DNA of 64,000 nucleotides from Pseudomonadota bacterium (GTDB lineage Bacteria; Pseudomonadota; Gammaproteobacteria; UBA1113): NCBI GenBank assembly GCA_021782495.1, contig JAJXUV010000001.1, positions 182,637 to 246,636 of the forward strand, read 5' to 3'. Shown piece by piece: positions 1 to 9,620 of this stretch (position 1 is its first letter; each line of letters starts with the position of its first letter). The notes under the pieces were generated by a model. It saw only the letters and a program-made list of their open reading frames with translations, ran no database searches and was not told where the DNA came from. The position numbers and the translations under genes were made by a program.

Positions 1-872
1 AAAATAAAAAATTTTCGACGGCTTTTTCTTTTTTAAAAATTTTAAAAACCGATCGGCTTTTTCACTACTGAGGAAATCACTGCGATCCACACCCGGAAAA
101 TTCAAATGCTCTCTTCGGCAGAATGGATCCACTCGATCCAATTCATTGATACAGCCAGGGATTTTAGCCAATTCGTTATGAATTTTTTGAAACTTATCTT
201 GCAAAGAAGGTTCTGAGTATTTGATAACTTCACCAAGAGGCATGATCATTCTGGTTGAGCTCTGCGCAAAACTAGCTAGCAATTGATAATTGCGGTTTAC
301 ACGTAGATATTCAAATTGACTTTTATCTTTTCTTTTCTCAAGCTCATTTCGGTATTTTTTTAAAATTTCATCGAAAAAATAAGTCCAACAGTAAGCCAAT
401 GCTGTCTGTTCCCTAAAAGCATTTAGGTGCTCTTCATCGTATAACTGTGAAATAATTTGAAATTGTTCTTCCTCGGATTTCGCTAAAAATGTTTCTACTG
501 ATATGCCTGCTTTCAATTGAAATTCGGTTTTAGTTTTTTGTAAAGCATCTAAAGCTACCAACATCATTTCAAAAATCATTTTCTCTGCTAATGTTAAGGA
601 CATATTGTCTTTTAGGTAGTTTATATTTTTAATGAGTTCAGAACCATTTTTCACACTATCCGATACAACAGTCAACCACTCTTTAAATGCAGCAGTTCTT
701 TTTCTTTTACACGCTGCCTGCTCTTCCCTTTTTCGTTGTACAACTTCATCTTCTTCTGGCAGAGTCATAGGTGGGGCTTCACTAGGAACAACTTCACTAT
801 GTTCAGATAATTGAACAGATATATCTAACCCACTAACAGTAGCGGGATTTTCTTGGACGGTATTAACCATGA
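1..872 (-). CDS. Partial hypothetical protein; hydrophilic, predicted helical; runs off the window start. Lies downstream of icmG on the same strand
   Basis: ATG at 870-872 on the minus strand opens an uninterrupted frame to position 1 (MVNTVQENPATVSGLDISVQLSEH...). It has no stop inside the window, so the ORF track omits it. I recognise no family. Confidence 0.4.
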
Positions 873-1053
873 TGTTCTCCTTATTACTAATTTTACTAGC
901 TCCTGATTGGGAGGAAAGTTGAATCGCGCCGCACTTCCCATATTAGCGCTAGTATAAAGGATGGATCTTAAGAGAATCTTAAAAGAATAAAAATTTTAAA
1001 AATTTTTTTAAATATTGTTATAAAACGTTGTTTAAACAGGGAAATTATCGACC

Positions 1054-2217
1054 CTATTGTGCCACCATGCCATATTCGATTTGACGACCATTGCTTAAAG
1101 TCACCAATCCATTAATAGGATCAATGTCTTTCACAGTCGTGTTCAAGGCTTCAAAGCGATCGCCCAAAGTCACTGTGACAATACGACCATTGCTGTCTGC
1201 AATCCAAGCACGGCCCGGAATAATGGCTTGAACATAATAAGCCACTGAAGATTGGGTGGCGGCTTGGCTGATTGCGCCGGAAGCCATCGCTTCTGTTCGC
1301 TCAGATGGCCGCTTTAAAGACGGCGGTGAAGAGACCTTGGTATCTGATTTCAATTGTCGATCCAATTTAGCCATTTGCGCTTGTAGTTCGGCAACTGTTT
1401 TCGCCAAACTGGTAGCACGTGCAGCCGCTGCTTCACTTTGTGCAGTGACTTGTTGCAACTTAAGCGTCAAAGTTTGATTTTGAGCATTCAAAGTTTGTAT
1501 CTGCATTTGCATTTGCATGCTGTTGTCATTGCCAGTGCTCGCTGTGTTTGATGAGGTCGATTCAGGACTTATTCCAGGGGTATTGCTCGTGCTGGTATTC
1601 ATTGAGCCCGTTGTCGTTGCAGTTGAAGCATTATTGTCTGTCATGTTGGTAGACGGCGTTGTTGTCGAAGCTGTGCTATTCGCAGCATTTTCAGGCATGG
1701 TTTCCGTGCTGGTAGCCATATTATTAGATGGCGGCGCAGCATTCATATTATTCTCTATTCCCAACACACTATTGGCCGTGTTATCCAGCATAGGACTAGA
1801 TGCATTTTCGGTTGTATTCGTCGATGTGCTTGGATTGATTACCGCAGGCGTATTACTCACAGCAACAGCTGGAGGTTGTTTAGCCACAACTGGCTGAGAT
1901 CTGGGTGTAGCGGGCGGGATCGTCGTCTCATCAGCATTGGCATTATTGCCATGCGGAACCATCAAATAATACCCAACACCCAGCAGAACAACCACGCCCA
2001 TTATCATGATGATTTTTTTCTTCATAGCGGATACGTCTTTTTTAGAGGCAATTGCAGGACGTTCGTTTTCCCACTCTTTATCCGCTGTATCCTCGATGAC
2101 AGTTTCTTCTTCTCCCACAAATTCTTCTTCGGCTACTTCTTCATGTTCGCCAAAATCAAAATTTTCGCTGTCATCAAAATGATATTCTTCTTCATCGTGA
2201 TGGTTTAGATCGCTCAT
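1054..2217 (-). CDS. icmG: Dot/Icm T4BSS inner-membrane component IcmG/DotF-like: acidic cytoplasmic N-terminus, one TM helix, S/T/N-rich linker, periplasmic coiled coil
   Basis: Topology: acidic N-terminus, TM (IIMIMGVVVLLGVGYYLMV), low-complexity linker, MQMQMQIQTLNAQNQ coiled coil. It sits directly downstream of the icmE-like gene, as icmG does in Legionella and Coxiella. It is longer than Legionella DotF. Confidence 0.45.
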   Translation of the reverse strand: MSDLNHHDEEEYHFDDSENFDFGEHEEVAEEEFVGEEETVIEDTADKEWENERPAIASKKDVSAMKKKIIMIMGVVVLLGVGYYLMVPHGNNANADETTIPPATPRSQPVVAKQPPAVAVSNTPAVINPSTSTNTTENASSPMLDNTANSVLGIENNMNAAPPSNNMATSTETMPENAANSTASTTTPSTNMTDNNASTATTTGSMNTSTSNTPGISPESTSSNTASTGNDNSMQMQMQIQTLNAQNQTLTLKLQQVTAQSEAAAARATSLAKTVAELQAQMAKLDRQLKSDTKVSSPPSLKRPSERTEAMASGAISQAATQSSVAYYVQAIIPGRAWIADSNGRIVTVTLGDRFEALNTTVKDIDPINGLVTLSNGRQIEYGMVAQ

Positions 2218-2232
2218 ATCCTCATCCTACTC

Positions 2233-3591
2233 TTATTGTCCGCTCTGTATAATGTTAGCGACAGGTTGAATTAATTGATTTTGGGCCTGGTCTACGGGCA
2301 ACACATTAGACGTCGATACATTATTCGCGGCCGTTTGATCTTGGGCTATTTTAGTCGAAATAGCTTGTGAGAGGCTTGCAGGGGGTGCATTCGGAGAAGC
2401 CACATCCGATAAATATAAAACCCCTAATCCCGTTCCAGCATGAACCGTAATGGTATTCGGCCGATTGAAAGTCTCGCCCAATTGTTGCCCCCAGTTTTGA
2501 CCTACTTGGCCAAAAGCCGATGCCGTTTCTCGTTTGGGACTGGCATCCGGATAAGTAGTAAAGGTACCCCCATCCTGATTTTGCGTGACACTAGAACCCG
2601 CTTGTAAAGCAGCGTTACCATACCCTTCTAAAAACGAAGAAGCAAATAAAGAACCATAACGCAATAAATAATGGTGATCCACATCGCTAGCCAATGCCGT
2701 GCGCGCCGTATTGGGATCGATGGCGACCGCAGAAACACCGATAGTGTGATTAACATCCGCAAGACTCATCACATTAAATTGGATCATTACCGCCTCAGCC
2801 CCATTGGTGCCGGGCAAAGATTTCGTTGTTTGCAAACTCCCTAACAACTTAGCCCCTTTGTAAGGCCCTAACACAATGGTCGCCATCACAGGGCCTGGCT
2901 CATCTGAATTGACTTCCGTATTTAACACTGCAAACTGTAGATCGCCTGCTTTAATCAAAGGCGGTAAGCCAGGCGCTGTGGCACTGGTTGCCGTCGCAGC
3001 TGCGGCAGCAGCCGCAGCCGCATTTTGTTCCTCACTGCCCCCTATATAGATTTGATTGGGTGATTGCGTCCAAGCTTGCATCAACTGTTGTGCTTGAGCC
3101 CGCATAGCGCCTGATCTATCGTCTGTTGTCTGCTGGATTTGCGCCGCATTGGCTTGTTGTATTTGCTGTGCTTGTTGCGCGACTTGTGCTTGCAGTGCGG
3201 CAACTTGTGCATCTGAGGCTGTATTCGTGGCATTTTCTGTACTGGGTGCTGTGGCGTCTGGTGTAGGTTGTTGCGTAGGAACATCATTTTGGTAAGTGAG
3301 CGTTGGAATCGCGCTACCGCCACTTTGTTCTGCTTGTTGAATGCGCTGTTGATTCAATTCTTTTTGTAGGTTTTCATACTCGGGAGAGGTTTTATTTAAA
3401 CCCGGAACAGTTTGTTGAGAAGGCGCATTCGCCAAATTCGTATTCGCTGCCTTCGATTGTTTGGGGGCATTCACCAATCGAATAATCCCCACTAAAATAG
3501 CCAAACCTAAGATCGCCAGTGTCACAATGATAATACTGCGCGTTCTAAAATTAGAAAACAATTGCGAAATATTTTCTAAGCGGCTAGCCAT
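2233..3591 (-). CDS. icmE: Dot/Icm T4BSS core component IcmE/DotG (VirB10/TrbI-like C-terminal domain), short form without a pentapeptide-repeat region
   Basis: N-terminal TM helix, a Gln/Ala-rich coiled segment, a poly-Ala run, and a C-terminal ~230 aa with VirB10-like character (LPPLIKAGDLQFAVLNTEVNSDEPGPVMATIV...). The stop overlaps the start of the upstream icmK gene. Confidence 0.6.
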   Translation of the reverse strand: MASRLENISQLFSNFRTRSIIIVTLAILGLAILVGIIRLVNAPKQSKAANTNLANAPSQQTVPGLNKTSPEYENLQKELNQQRIQQAEQSGGSAIPTLTYQNDVPTQQPTPDATAPSTENATNTASDAQVAALQAQVAQQAQQIQQANAAQIQQTTDDRSGAMRAQAQQLMQAWTQSPNQIYIGGSEEQNAAAAAAAAATATSATAPGLPPLIKAGDLQFAVLNTEVNSDEPGPVMATIVLGPYKGAKLLGSLQTTKSLPGTNGAEAVMIQFNVMSLADVNHTIGVSAVAIDPNTARTALASDVDHHYLLRYGSLFASSFLEGYGNAALQAGSSVTQNQDGGTFTTYPDASPKRETASAFGQVGQNWGQQLGETFNRPNTITVHAGTGLGVLYLSDVASPNAPPASLSQAISTKIAQDQTAANNVSTSNVLPVDQAQNQLIQPVANIIQSGQ

Positions 3592-4751
3592 TATGACAAT
3601 CCCTCTACTTTAACCGATACCACCTGCCCATGCCGCATCAGTAACACCAAGGGCGCTGGTGATAGTTTATAAGCATTCATCCCATCTGCGCTAGACATTT
3701 TAGCAACCCAAGCAGGAGATAATAAGGTATAACGACTCCGTAAATAAACAATATCACCTACTTTCCACACTTCAGCAAAATCATTTTCTGTTTTTAAGCG
3801 CTGCCCATTCATGGGTGGAATACCATTCAGCACATTGAGTAATTGATTGTCGGCCGGCGCAGGCAAATTATCGCCTATGGTGACAATCGCTTGCGGCCCT
3901 TGACCTGGGACACGCATATCGACACGATAATCCACCACACGTTGTCCCGGTACTAAAGTTAACATCACGGGCGTATTTAAACCTTTAAGATTAACTGCCA
4001 AATTACCATAACTATAATCTTGACGTGCTTGCACCATTAAAGTATTGCCTTTTTTATCCCAATTGATATTAAACGCATTGGGATCGCCTAAATCATAGGC
4101 TTCTATTGGCCAAGCAGCGCCGGTACTGTCGATAAATACCAATGAAGAAACAAAACCCTTAGACAAACGAATCACCGGCGGCACCGCGCCTGGCGCCAAA
4201 TCGATCAACAAAGAAGTGGACGTGGGTGCAGGAGGTGTTTTATAAGGCGCTGCAGCCTGAGCGCGCTGAGTTTGATCCAACATATTGCGCAAAGCGTTAA
4301 TTTGATCGGGACTTAAAGGAAAGGCATCTTGTGATACCGAACGAAAAGCACCCGCTGTCGCTAAGGATTCATTTTGATCAGCAGCAACCCAAGGATTCAC
4401 TGGCGGCATGGTAAGAGGCGCACTAGAGTTAGTAGCCGCTGTACTGGATGGCTGCCCCGCAGCAGATTGATCAGCATTATCAGTATCATCAGTATTGTTA
4501 TTGCCTGTTGCTGTGGTGTTTGTATTGGCCGTTGGCGGTGCATTTTTACCGGCCAAAGGATTTTGCGTAGCGGTTGCCGTACTTTGTTGCTGTGGTGAAG
4601 GTGTAGCGCTACTAGGCAAGGCTTGTTTTGCTTCTGAGACAAAATTAGAAACCGTATTCAACCCCAATAGATCGGCGCTACTCTCTTCAGCGTATACCCC
4701 CTGAAATACAAGCAACAGACTGAATCCCGCCAAGAGCCATAATTTCTTCAA
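3591..4751 (-). CDS. icmK: Dot/Icm T4BSS outer-membrane component IcmK/DotH (VirB9-like), signal peptide plus low-complexity linker
   Basis: Signal peptide MKKLWLLAGFSLLLVFQGVYA, a Q/T/N-rich linker and a conserved C-terminal beta-rich domain. Gene order icmK-icmE-icmG on one strand matches Dot/Icm region II. Confidence 0.55.
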   Translation of the reverse strand: MKKLWLLAGFSLLLVFQGVYAEESSADLLGLNTVSNFVSEAKQALPSSATPSPQQQSTATATQNPLAGKNAPPTANTNTTATGNNNTDDTDNADQSAAGQPSSTAATNSSAPLTMPPVNPWVAADQNESLATAGAFRSVSQDAFPLSPDQINALRNMLDQTQRAQAAAPYKTPPAPTSTSLLIDLAPGAVPPVIRLSKGFVSSLVFIDSTGAAWPIEAYDLGDPNAFNINWDKKGNTLMVQARQDYSYGNLAVNLKGLNTPVMLTLVPGQRVVDYRVDMRVPGQGPQAIVTIGDNLPAPADNQLLNVLNGIPPMNGQRLKTENDFAEVWKVGDIVYLRSRYTLLSPAWVAKMSSADGMNAYKLSPAPLVLLMRHGQVVSVKVEGLS

Positions 4752-4767
4752 TCGACTATTCCTTCAA

Positions 4768-4796
4768 AATCTAAGAATGCACGCCAAAATGGTCAA
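4768..4796 (-). promoter_or_regulatory. Candidate sigma70 promoter for icmK-icmE-icmG (TTGACC-N17-TAGATT on the minus strand)
   Basis: On the minus strand, TTGACC at 4796-4791 and TAGATT at 4773-4768 with a 17-bp spacer, about 20-45 bp upstream of the icmK start. Confidence 0.25.
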
Positions 4797-4920
4797 ATAG
4801 AAACCTCATCATAGCACATTGAGCCCTACATTATTGATATAGATTATAATGTTATTTTCACCTAAAACATAGACCTAGTGCGGGAACTGGGTCATTTTAA
4901 GTAAAACAGCGCTTTGAATT

Positions 4921-5139
4921 TTAATCTTTGGTCAATTGATTACCAATATAACCACCGACTATGGTACCGCCAATGGTTGCCGCCGTATTGCCAGCGCCAC
5001 CGCCAAATTGGCTACCAATTACGCCCCCAGCGACAGCGCCGCCGACGGTTCCTACGTCTTGCTTGGTAATGTTGCCATCACAGCCTATTAAGCCGAGTGT
5101 CATTAAGCCCACTACCAGTGTCACCATTACTTTTTTCAT
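4921..5139 (-). CDS. osmB: Small glycine-zipper lipoprotein, OsmB / 17-kDa-antigen-like (72 aa)
   Basis: Lipobox LIGC, Gly-rich GxxxG zipper (GGAVAGGVIGSQFGGGAGNTAATIGGTIVGGYIGNQL), 72 aa, the same length and layout as E. coli OsmB. Confidence 0.6.
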   Translation of the reverse strand: MKKVMVTLVVGLMTLGLIGCDGNITKQDVGTVGGAVAGGVIGSQFGGGAGNTAATIGGTIVGGYIGNQLTKD

Positions 5140-5561
5140 TTTATTTCCCCTCGATTTCTCAGAGGCCTAAGGTTTTCAACTGAGCTGCGATCGTTAAAAA
5201 AATGACCAACAGTTCCCTGACAGTCGTGGATCGGTTTTATACCTAATTCACACTTCTACTTAAAGTCTAGCAAAGATTAGCCATTTTATAGGCAGTTTAT
5301 TTAGGGGAAGCTTAAGAGTGGGGATTTTAAGAAAAGTAAGCCTGTTTACAGTTCACTAGGTTGAAATATAAACAGGCTTTAAAGCGAACTAACCACTACA
5401 TAGGCGGTCGGTTCTATTTATTACCTCCGCTAATCCCTTTAGCTAGTTCTAAGCTTAGCAAACAAAGCTTAAGGAATTATTAGAGAAAAAAGATAAATAC
5501 AAAAAAACCTCTGTACTGGAAAAAAAAACAAGAATAGCCCATATAATATACAAATTCCGGC

Positions 5562-5591
5562 CTGTCATCCCTACTTTCGCAGGGATGACAT
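5562..5591. repeat. Small palindromic repeat PR-1, copy 1 (ctgtcatccctactttcgcagggatgacag-like)
   Basis: Perfect 12-13 bp inverted arms tgtcatcccta...agggatgaca. Same family as the elements at 26158-26226 and 31089-31119. Confidence 0.7.
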
Positions 5592-5617
5592 CGTAGTTTT
5601 TTCCAATACAGCGCAAA

Positions 5618-5652
5618 AAAAAGCCCCACATTGACGTGGGGCTTTGGGGCAC
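5618..5652 (-). terminator. Rho-independent terminator of groESL
   Basis: The minus strand reads GCCCCACGTCAATGTGGGGC followed by TTTTTTTT, about 25 bp after the groEL stop. Confidence 0.7.
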
Positions 5653-5674
5653 AAAAACAGGTAGGAACGCTGAC

Positions 5675-7330
5675 TTACATCATGCCGCCCATACCGCCCA
5701 TGCCACCCATGCCACCCATGCCGCCCATGTCGCCAGCACCAGCAGGTTCTTTTTCTTTCAACTCAGTGACGATGCATTCGGTGGTTAAAACCATGCCCGC
5801 AACAGAAGCTGCATTTTGCAAAGCACTGCGCGTCACTTTGGTAGGATCGATAATACCTGCTTCTACCATGTCGCAATGCACACCTGTGGCAGCATTAAAA
5901 CCAGTATTGCCTTTGGCATTCATGATTTTATCCAAAATAATGGCTGGCTCATAACCCGCATTCGCCACGATTTGGCGCATAGGTGAAGTCATGGCACATT
6001 TGGCAATGTGAATACCAATGTTTTGATCGTCATCGGCGCCTTTTAAATTGGACAAAGCTTGCATGGCACGAATCAAAGCAACACCGCCGCCAGGAACAAT
6101 GCCTTCTTCCACGGCCGCACGGGTTGCATGCAAAGCATCTTCCACACGCGCTTTCTTTTCTTTCATTTCAACTTCCGTTGCAGCGCCCACTTTGATCACG
6201 GCCACACCACCAGACAATTTAGCGACGCGTTCTTGCAATTTTTCACGATCGTAATCAGAAGAAGTATCCTCTATTTGCGCGCGAATTTGATCGACCCTTG
6301 CTTTAATATCGACTGGATTGCCCGAACCCGAAACAATCGTGGTTTCATCTTTGGTGATCAGCACTTTCTTCGCGGTACCCAAATCCGTTAAGCTCACGGA
6401 TTCTAAAGTACGGCCTGTTTCTTCAGAAATCACCGTACCTGCAGTCAAAATCGCAATATCTTGCAACATGGCTTTACGACGATCGCCAAAACCAGGCGCC
6501 TTCACCGCAGCCACTTTCAAAATACCTCGAATATTATTCACCACTAAAGTCGCCAAAGCTTCGCCTTCTACATCTTCTGCAATCAACAACAAGGCACGAC
6601 CTGCTTTAGCCACCGCTTCCAACGTTGGCAACATATCACGAATATTACTGATTTTTTTATCGGTCATCAGAATATAAGGATTTTCTAATTCCACACTCAT
6701 GTTTTGTTGGTTGGTGACAAAGTAAGGTGAAATGTAACCACGATCAAATTGCATCCCTTCGACCACGGACAATTCGATTTGGAAGGATTGACCTTCTTCG
6801 ACGGTGATAACACCTTCTTTACCCACTTTTTCCATCGCATCTGCAATCGCTTCACCGATTTCAGGATCGCCATTCGCAGACACCGTTCCCACATTTTTGA
6901 TTTGTTCTTTGGAAGTGCAAGCTTGGGACAATTTTTTTAATTCTTCCACCGCTTTATTCACACACAAATCAATACCGCGTTTGATTTCCATCGCATTGCG
7001 GCCTGCGTGCACGCCTTTCAAACCTTCGTTGATCATATTGGCAGCCAACACAGTTGCCGTGGTAGTTCCATCGCCAGCGATGTCGGAGGTTTGCGAAGCC
7101 ACTTCTTTAACCATTTGCGCACCCATGTTTTCGAACGAATCTTTTAATTCGATTTCTTTCGCCACGGACACACCATCTTTGGTGACAGTAGGCGCGCCAA
7201 ATTTTTTATCTAAAGCAACCACACAACCCGCAGGGCCCAGCGTTACTTTAACCGCATCGGCTAAAATGTTCACACCACGTGCAAGCGCTGCACGGGCTAC
7301 ATCACCAAACTGAATTTCTTTTGCAGTCAT
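5675..7330 (-). CDS. groEL: Chaperonin GroEL (Hsp60) with C-terminal GGM repeat tail
   Basis: Full-length 551 aa with canonical GroEL motifs ([27 protein letters not shown]) and a (GGM)5 tail. Confidence 0.97.
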   Translation of the reverse strand: MTAKEIQFGDVARAALARGVNILADAVKVTLGPAGCVVALDKKFGAPTVTKDGVSVAKEIELKDSFENMGAQMVKEVASQTSDIAGDGTTTATVLAANMINEGLKGVHAGRNAMEIKRGIDLCVNKAVEELKKLSQACTSKEQIKNVGTVSANGDPEIGEAIADAMEKVGKEGVITVEEGQSFQIELSVVEGMQFDRGYISPYFVTNQQNMSVELENPYILMTDKKISNIRDMLPTLEAVAKAGRALLLIAEDVEGEALATLVVNNIRGILKVAAVKAPGFGDRRKAMLQDIAILTAGTVISEETGRTLESVSLTDLGTAKKVLITKDETTIVSGSGNPVDIKARVDQIRAQIEDTSSDYDREKLQERVAKLSGGVAVIKVGAATEVEMKEKKARVEDALHATRAAVEEGIVPGGGVALIRAMQALSNLKGADDDQNIGIHIAKCAMTSPMRQIVANAGYEPAIILDKIMNAKGNTGFNAATGVHCDMVEAGIIDPTKVTRSALQNAASVAGMVLTTECIVTELKEKEPAGAGDMGGMGGMGGMGGMGGMM

Positions 7331-7367
7331 TTTACTTTTCCTCTATTATCTGTTAAAAAATTAATAC

Positions 7368-7670
7368 TTAACCTTCGATTACCGCCAAGATGTCGTCTTC
7401 GCGCATCACCACCAAGGTTTCACCATTCAATTCCACTTCAGTCCCCGCGTATTTACCGAATAAGACTTTATCGTTCACTTGAACAACGGGTTCTTGGACA
7501 CTGCCATTGTCTAGTACACGACCTGAACCTAAGGCAATCACGATTCCCATCATGGGTTTTTCTTTTGCCGTATCTGGAATCACAATGCCTCCAGCTGTTT
7601 TACGTTCTTCTTCTAAACGGCGGACCACCACACGGTCACGTAAGGGACGAATATTTGTTTTTGCACTCAT
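7368..7670 (-). CDS. groES: Co-chaperonin GroES (Hsp10)
   Basis: 100 aa with [12 protein letters not shown]...GGIVIP...GKYAGTEV, immediately upstream of groEL. Confidence 0.95.
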   Translation of the reverse strand: MSAKTNIRPLRDRVVVRRLEEERKTAGGIVIPDTAKEKPMMGIVIALGSGRVLDNGSVQEPVVQVNDKVLFGKYAGTEVELNGETLVVMREDDILAVIEG

Positions 7671-7782
7671 TTGTATTTAACCTCTTCTTAAATAAAATAA
7701 TCACTGTTGGGAGGTTCATGTATCCTCCATTCCATCGCCCGACTGAGTTCTAGCAGCGACTTCTGTATAAGTGTGGGCATCT

Positions 7783-7812
7783 CTTGAAAATTCAAGATGT
7801 TGACCTCCATTT
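7783..7812. promoter_or_regulatory. Candidate sigma32-type heat-shock promoter elements built on a CTTGAAAATTCAAG palindrome, in the groES-dsbD divergent intergenic region
   Basis: Plus strand: cTTGAAA, 14 nt, CCTCCATTT, against the consensus CTTGAAA-N13-15-CCCCATnT. Minus strand: CTTGAAT, ~13 nt, CCCACACT, pointing at groES. Both matches are imperfect. Confidence 0.3.
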
Positions 7813-7860
7813 TTTGAAAAATTGTGTTAGTATGAACCATCTTAAAGCAAAATAGGCCTT

Positions 7861-9618
7861 TTGATGCTCAAATTCAGAACGATATCTCGGATAGGATGGT
7901 TTTTTTTACTCTTCTTATTACCGCTAAAACCCTTAGCTGCTGCTGATTTTTTAAACAACAGTCCTATCACCGTCGACAAAGCCTTCAAACTCTCTTTGAG
8001 CCTCAATTCCGATCAAACTGTACGCACTACTTTTGTGGTAGAAAAAGGCTATTATCTGTACCGTGACCGCTTTCATTTTACCCTCCTTGGAACCTCTCCC
8101 TTCAACATCACGCCACTGAATTGGCCTAAAGCAGAAAAACGTTATGATGAGATATTGGGTGATTACGATGCTTATTCGAGCACTCTCATTTTAACGCTGC
8201 CACTGCCTAAAAACAGCCTGCACAGTACATTTGAAATTCAATATCAAGGCTGCAGTAAAGCGCATTTTTGTTATCCCCCACAAACACGCACTTTCAATTT
8301 AAATTTTGCGACGGGTGAAGTACAAGAAACCGTGCCTACTTTAGTCGAATCAAAACAAGAAGAATCTCTTTCTGACAACCCGCATTTCATCACTGTATTA
8401 CTGAGTTATTTTGGTTTAGGATTGCTCCTGGCTTTTACGCCTTGTGTATTGCCTTTGTTGCCGATTTTGTCGGGTATTATTTTAGGACAAGCAACTACCC
8501 TTAAAACCGCGCGCGCTTTCTACTTATCCCTTGCTTATGTGATCGGTATGTCGGTAATTTACACGCTTGCGGGTGTATTATTTTCTTTATTGGGTTTAAG
8601 TTTGCAAGCTGCTTTTCAAACGCCGTGGATGATCGGTTTTTTAAGTGCGGTATTTCTGGCTTTAGCGATTTGTTTATACCTCGGTCACGATCTGCGTTTA
8701 CCTCAAAAGTGGACACACAAAATAGCTTCGCTCAGTGAACATCAAAGCCGCGGCGATTTTTTAAGTATTGCGGTGATGGGCGCACTGTCTTCCCTCATTG
8801 TTTCGCCTTGTGTCAGCGCACCTTTAGTCGGCGCCTTGACCTACATCAGCCAAAGTCAAAATCTGTGGTTAGGGGGTGCTGCTTTATTTTGTTTAAGTCT
8901 GGGAATGGGTTTACCGTTGATCGCGTTCAATACCTTTGGCGCACATTACATTCCTAAAACAGGAGCCTGGATGTTGGGGCTCAAAAAATGTTTTGCTTTT
9001 ATTTTTTTAGGCTTAGCCATTTATTTAGTTTCTCGGCTATTGCCGCCTACGCTTCCCTTATTATTATGGGGCACTTTTTTATTATTTGCAGCTTATAATT
9101 TAAATGTTTACACTAAAGCTAAAAAAAGATTTTTTCGTCTCAGAAAAACTTTTGCGGCGCTGTGCAGTATTTATGGTCTATTGATGATCGTCGGCGCGAG
9201 TTTGGGGCATACCAATCCTTGGTTACCCCTGAAAAATCATATGGTCTACAAAAATTCTCTTTCTTTCATGACCGTTACCACGCCGAATACCTTAAATGCT
9301 GCGATTCAAAATTCAAGCGACAAACCAATACTCATTGATTTTTATGCTGACTGGTGTGCGTCTTGTCAAAAACTAAAGCGGTCTTTCGAAAAAGCTGAAA
9401 TCGCTTCCTTGTTAAAACAATTTAATTTGGTGCGAGTCGATATCACAGAATCCAATAGGGATACTAAAGCCTTACAACAAACTTGGCATGTCATCGCACC
9501 ACCCATGCTGTTCGTCGTTAATCAAGATGCAAAACAGTTGATCCCGCCGATCGTAGGAGCGGTGAATACACAGGTATTGAAAACGCAGCTGGAGAACGGA
9601 TTGAAAGTTCAGCAATGA
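7861..9618 (+). CDS. dsbD: Thiol:disulfide interchange protein DsbD
   Basis: 585 aa: periplasmic N-domain, a TM core with FTPCVLPLLP, and a C-terminal thioredoxin domain with WCASCQ. Confidence 0.9.
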   Translation: MMLKFRTISRIGWFFLLFLLPLKPLAAADFLNNSPITVDKAFKLSLSLNSDQTVRTTFVVEKGYYLYRDRFHFTLLGTSPFNITPLNWPKAEKRYDEILGDYDAYSSTLILTLPLPKNSLHSTFEIQYQGCSKAHFCYPPQTRTFNLNFATGEVQETVPTLVESKQEESLSDNPHFITVLLSYFGLGLLLAFTPCVLPLLPILSGIILGQATTLKTARAFYLSLAYVIGMSVIYTLAGVLFSLLGLSLQAAFQTPWMIGFLSAVFLALAICLYLGHDLRLPQKWTHKIASLSEHQSRGDFLSIAVMGALSSLIVSPCVSAPLVGALTYISQSQNLWLGGAALFCLSLGMGLPLIAFNTFGAHYIPKTGAWMLGLKKCFAFIFLGLAIYLVSRLLPPTLPLLLWGTFLLFAAYNLNVYTKAKKRFFRLRKTFAALCSIYGLLMIVGASLGHTNPWLPLKNHMVYKNSLSFMTVTTPNTLNAAIQNSSDKPILIDFYADWCASCQKLKRSFEKAEIASLLKQFNLVRVDITESNRDTKALQQTWHVIAPPMLFVVNQDAKQLIPPIVGAVNTQVLKTQLENGLKVQQ

Positions 9619-9620
9619 CT

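Noticed and set aside
1517..2208. Two plus-strand ORFs (126 and 110 aa) inside icmG
   Set aside because: Antisense shadows of the S/T/N-rich low-complexity region. Their hydrophobic, repetitive translations are typical artefacts.
5694..5745. Tandem 9-bp DNA repeat (catgccacc/catgccgcc x5)
   Set aside because: It encodes the normal GGM repeat tail of GroEL, not a VNTR or mobile repeat.
5983..7313. Several 60-170 aa ORFs on the plus strand inside groEL (5983-6195, 6048-6254, 6059-6391, 6318-6677, 6804-7313)
   Set aside because: They are antisense to a highly conserved, strongly biased gene with no independent signals. These are ordinary shadow ORFs.
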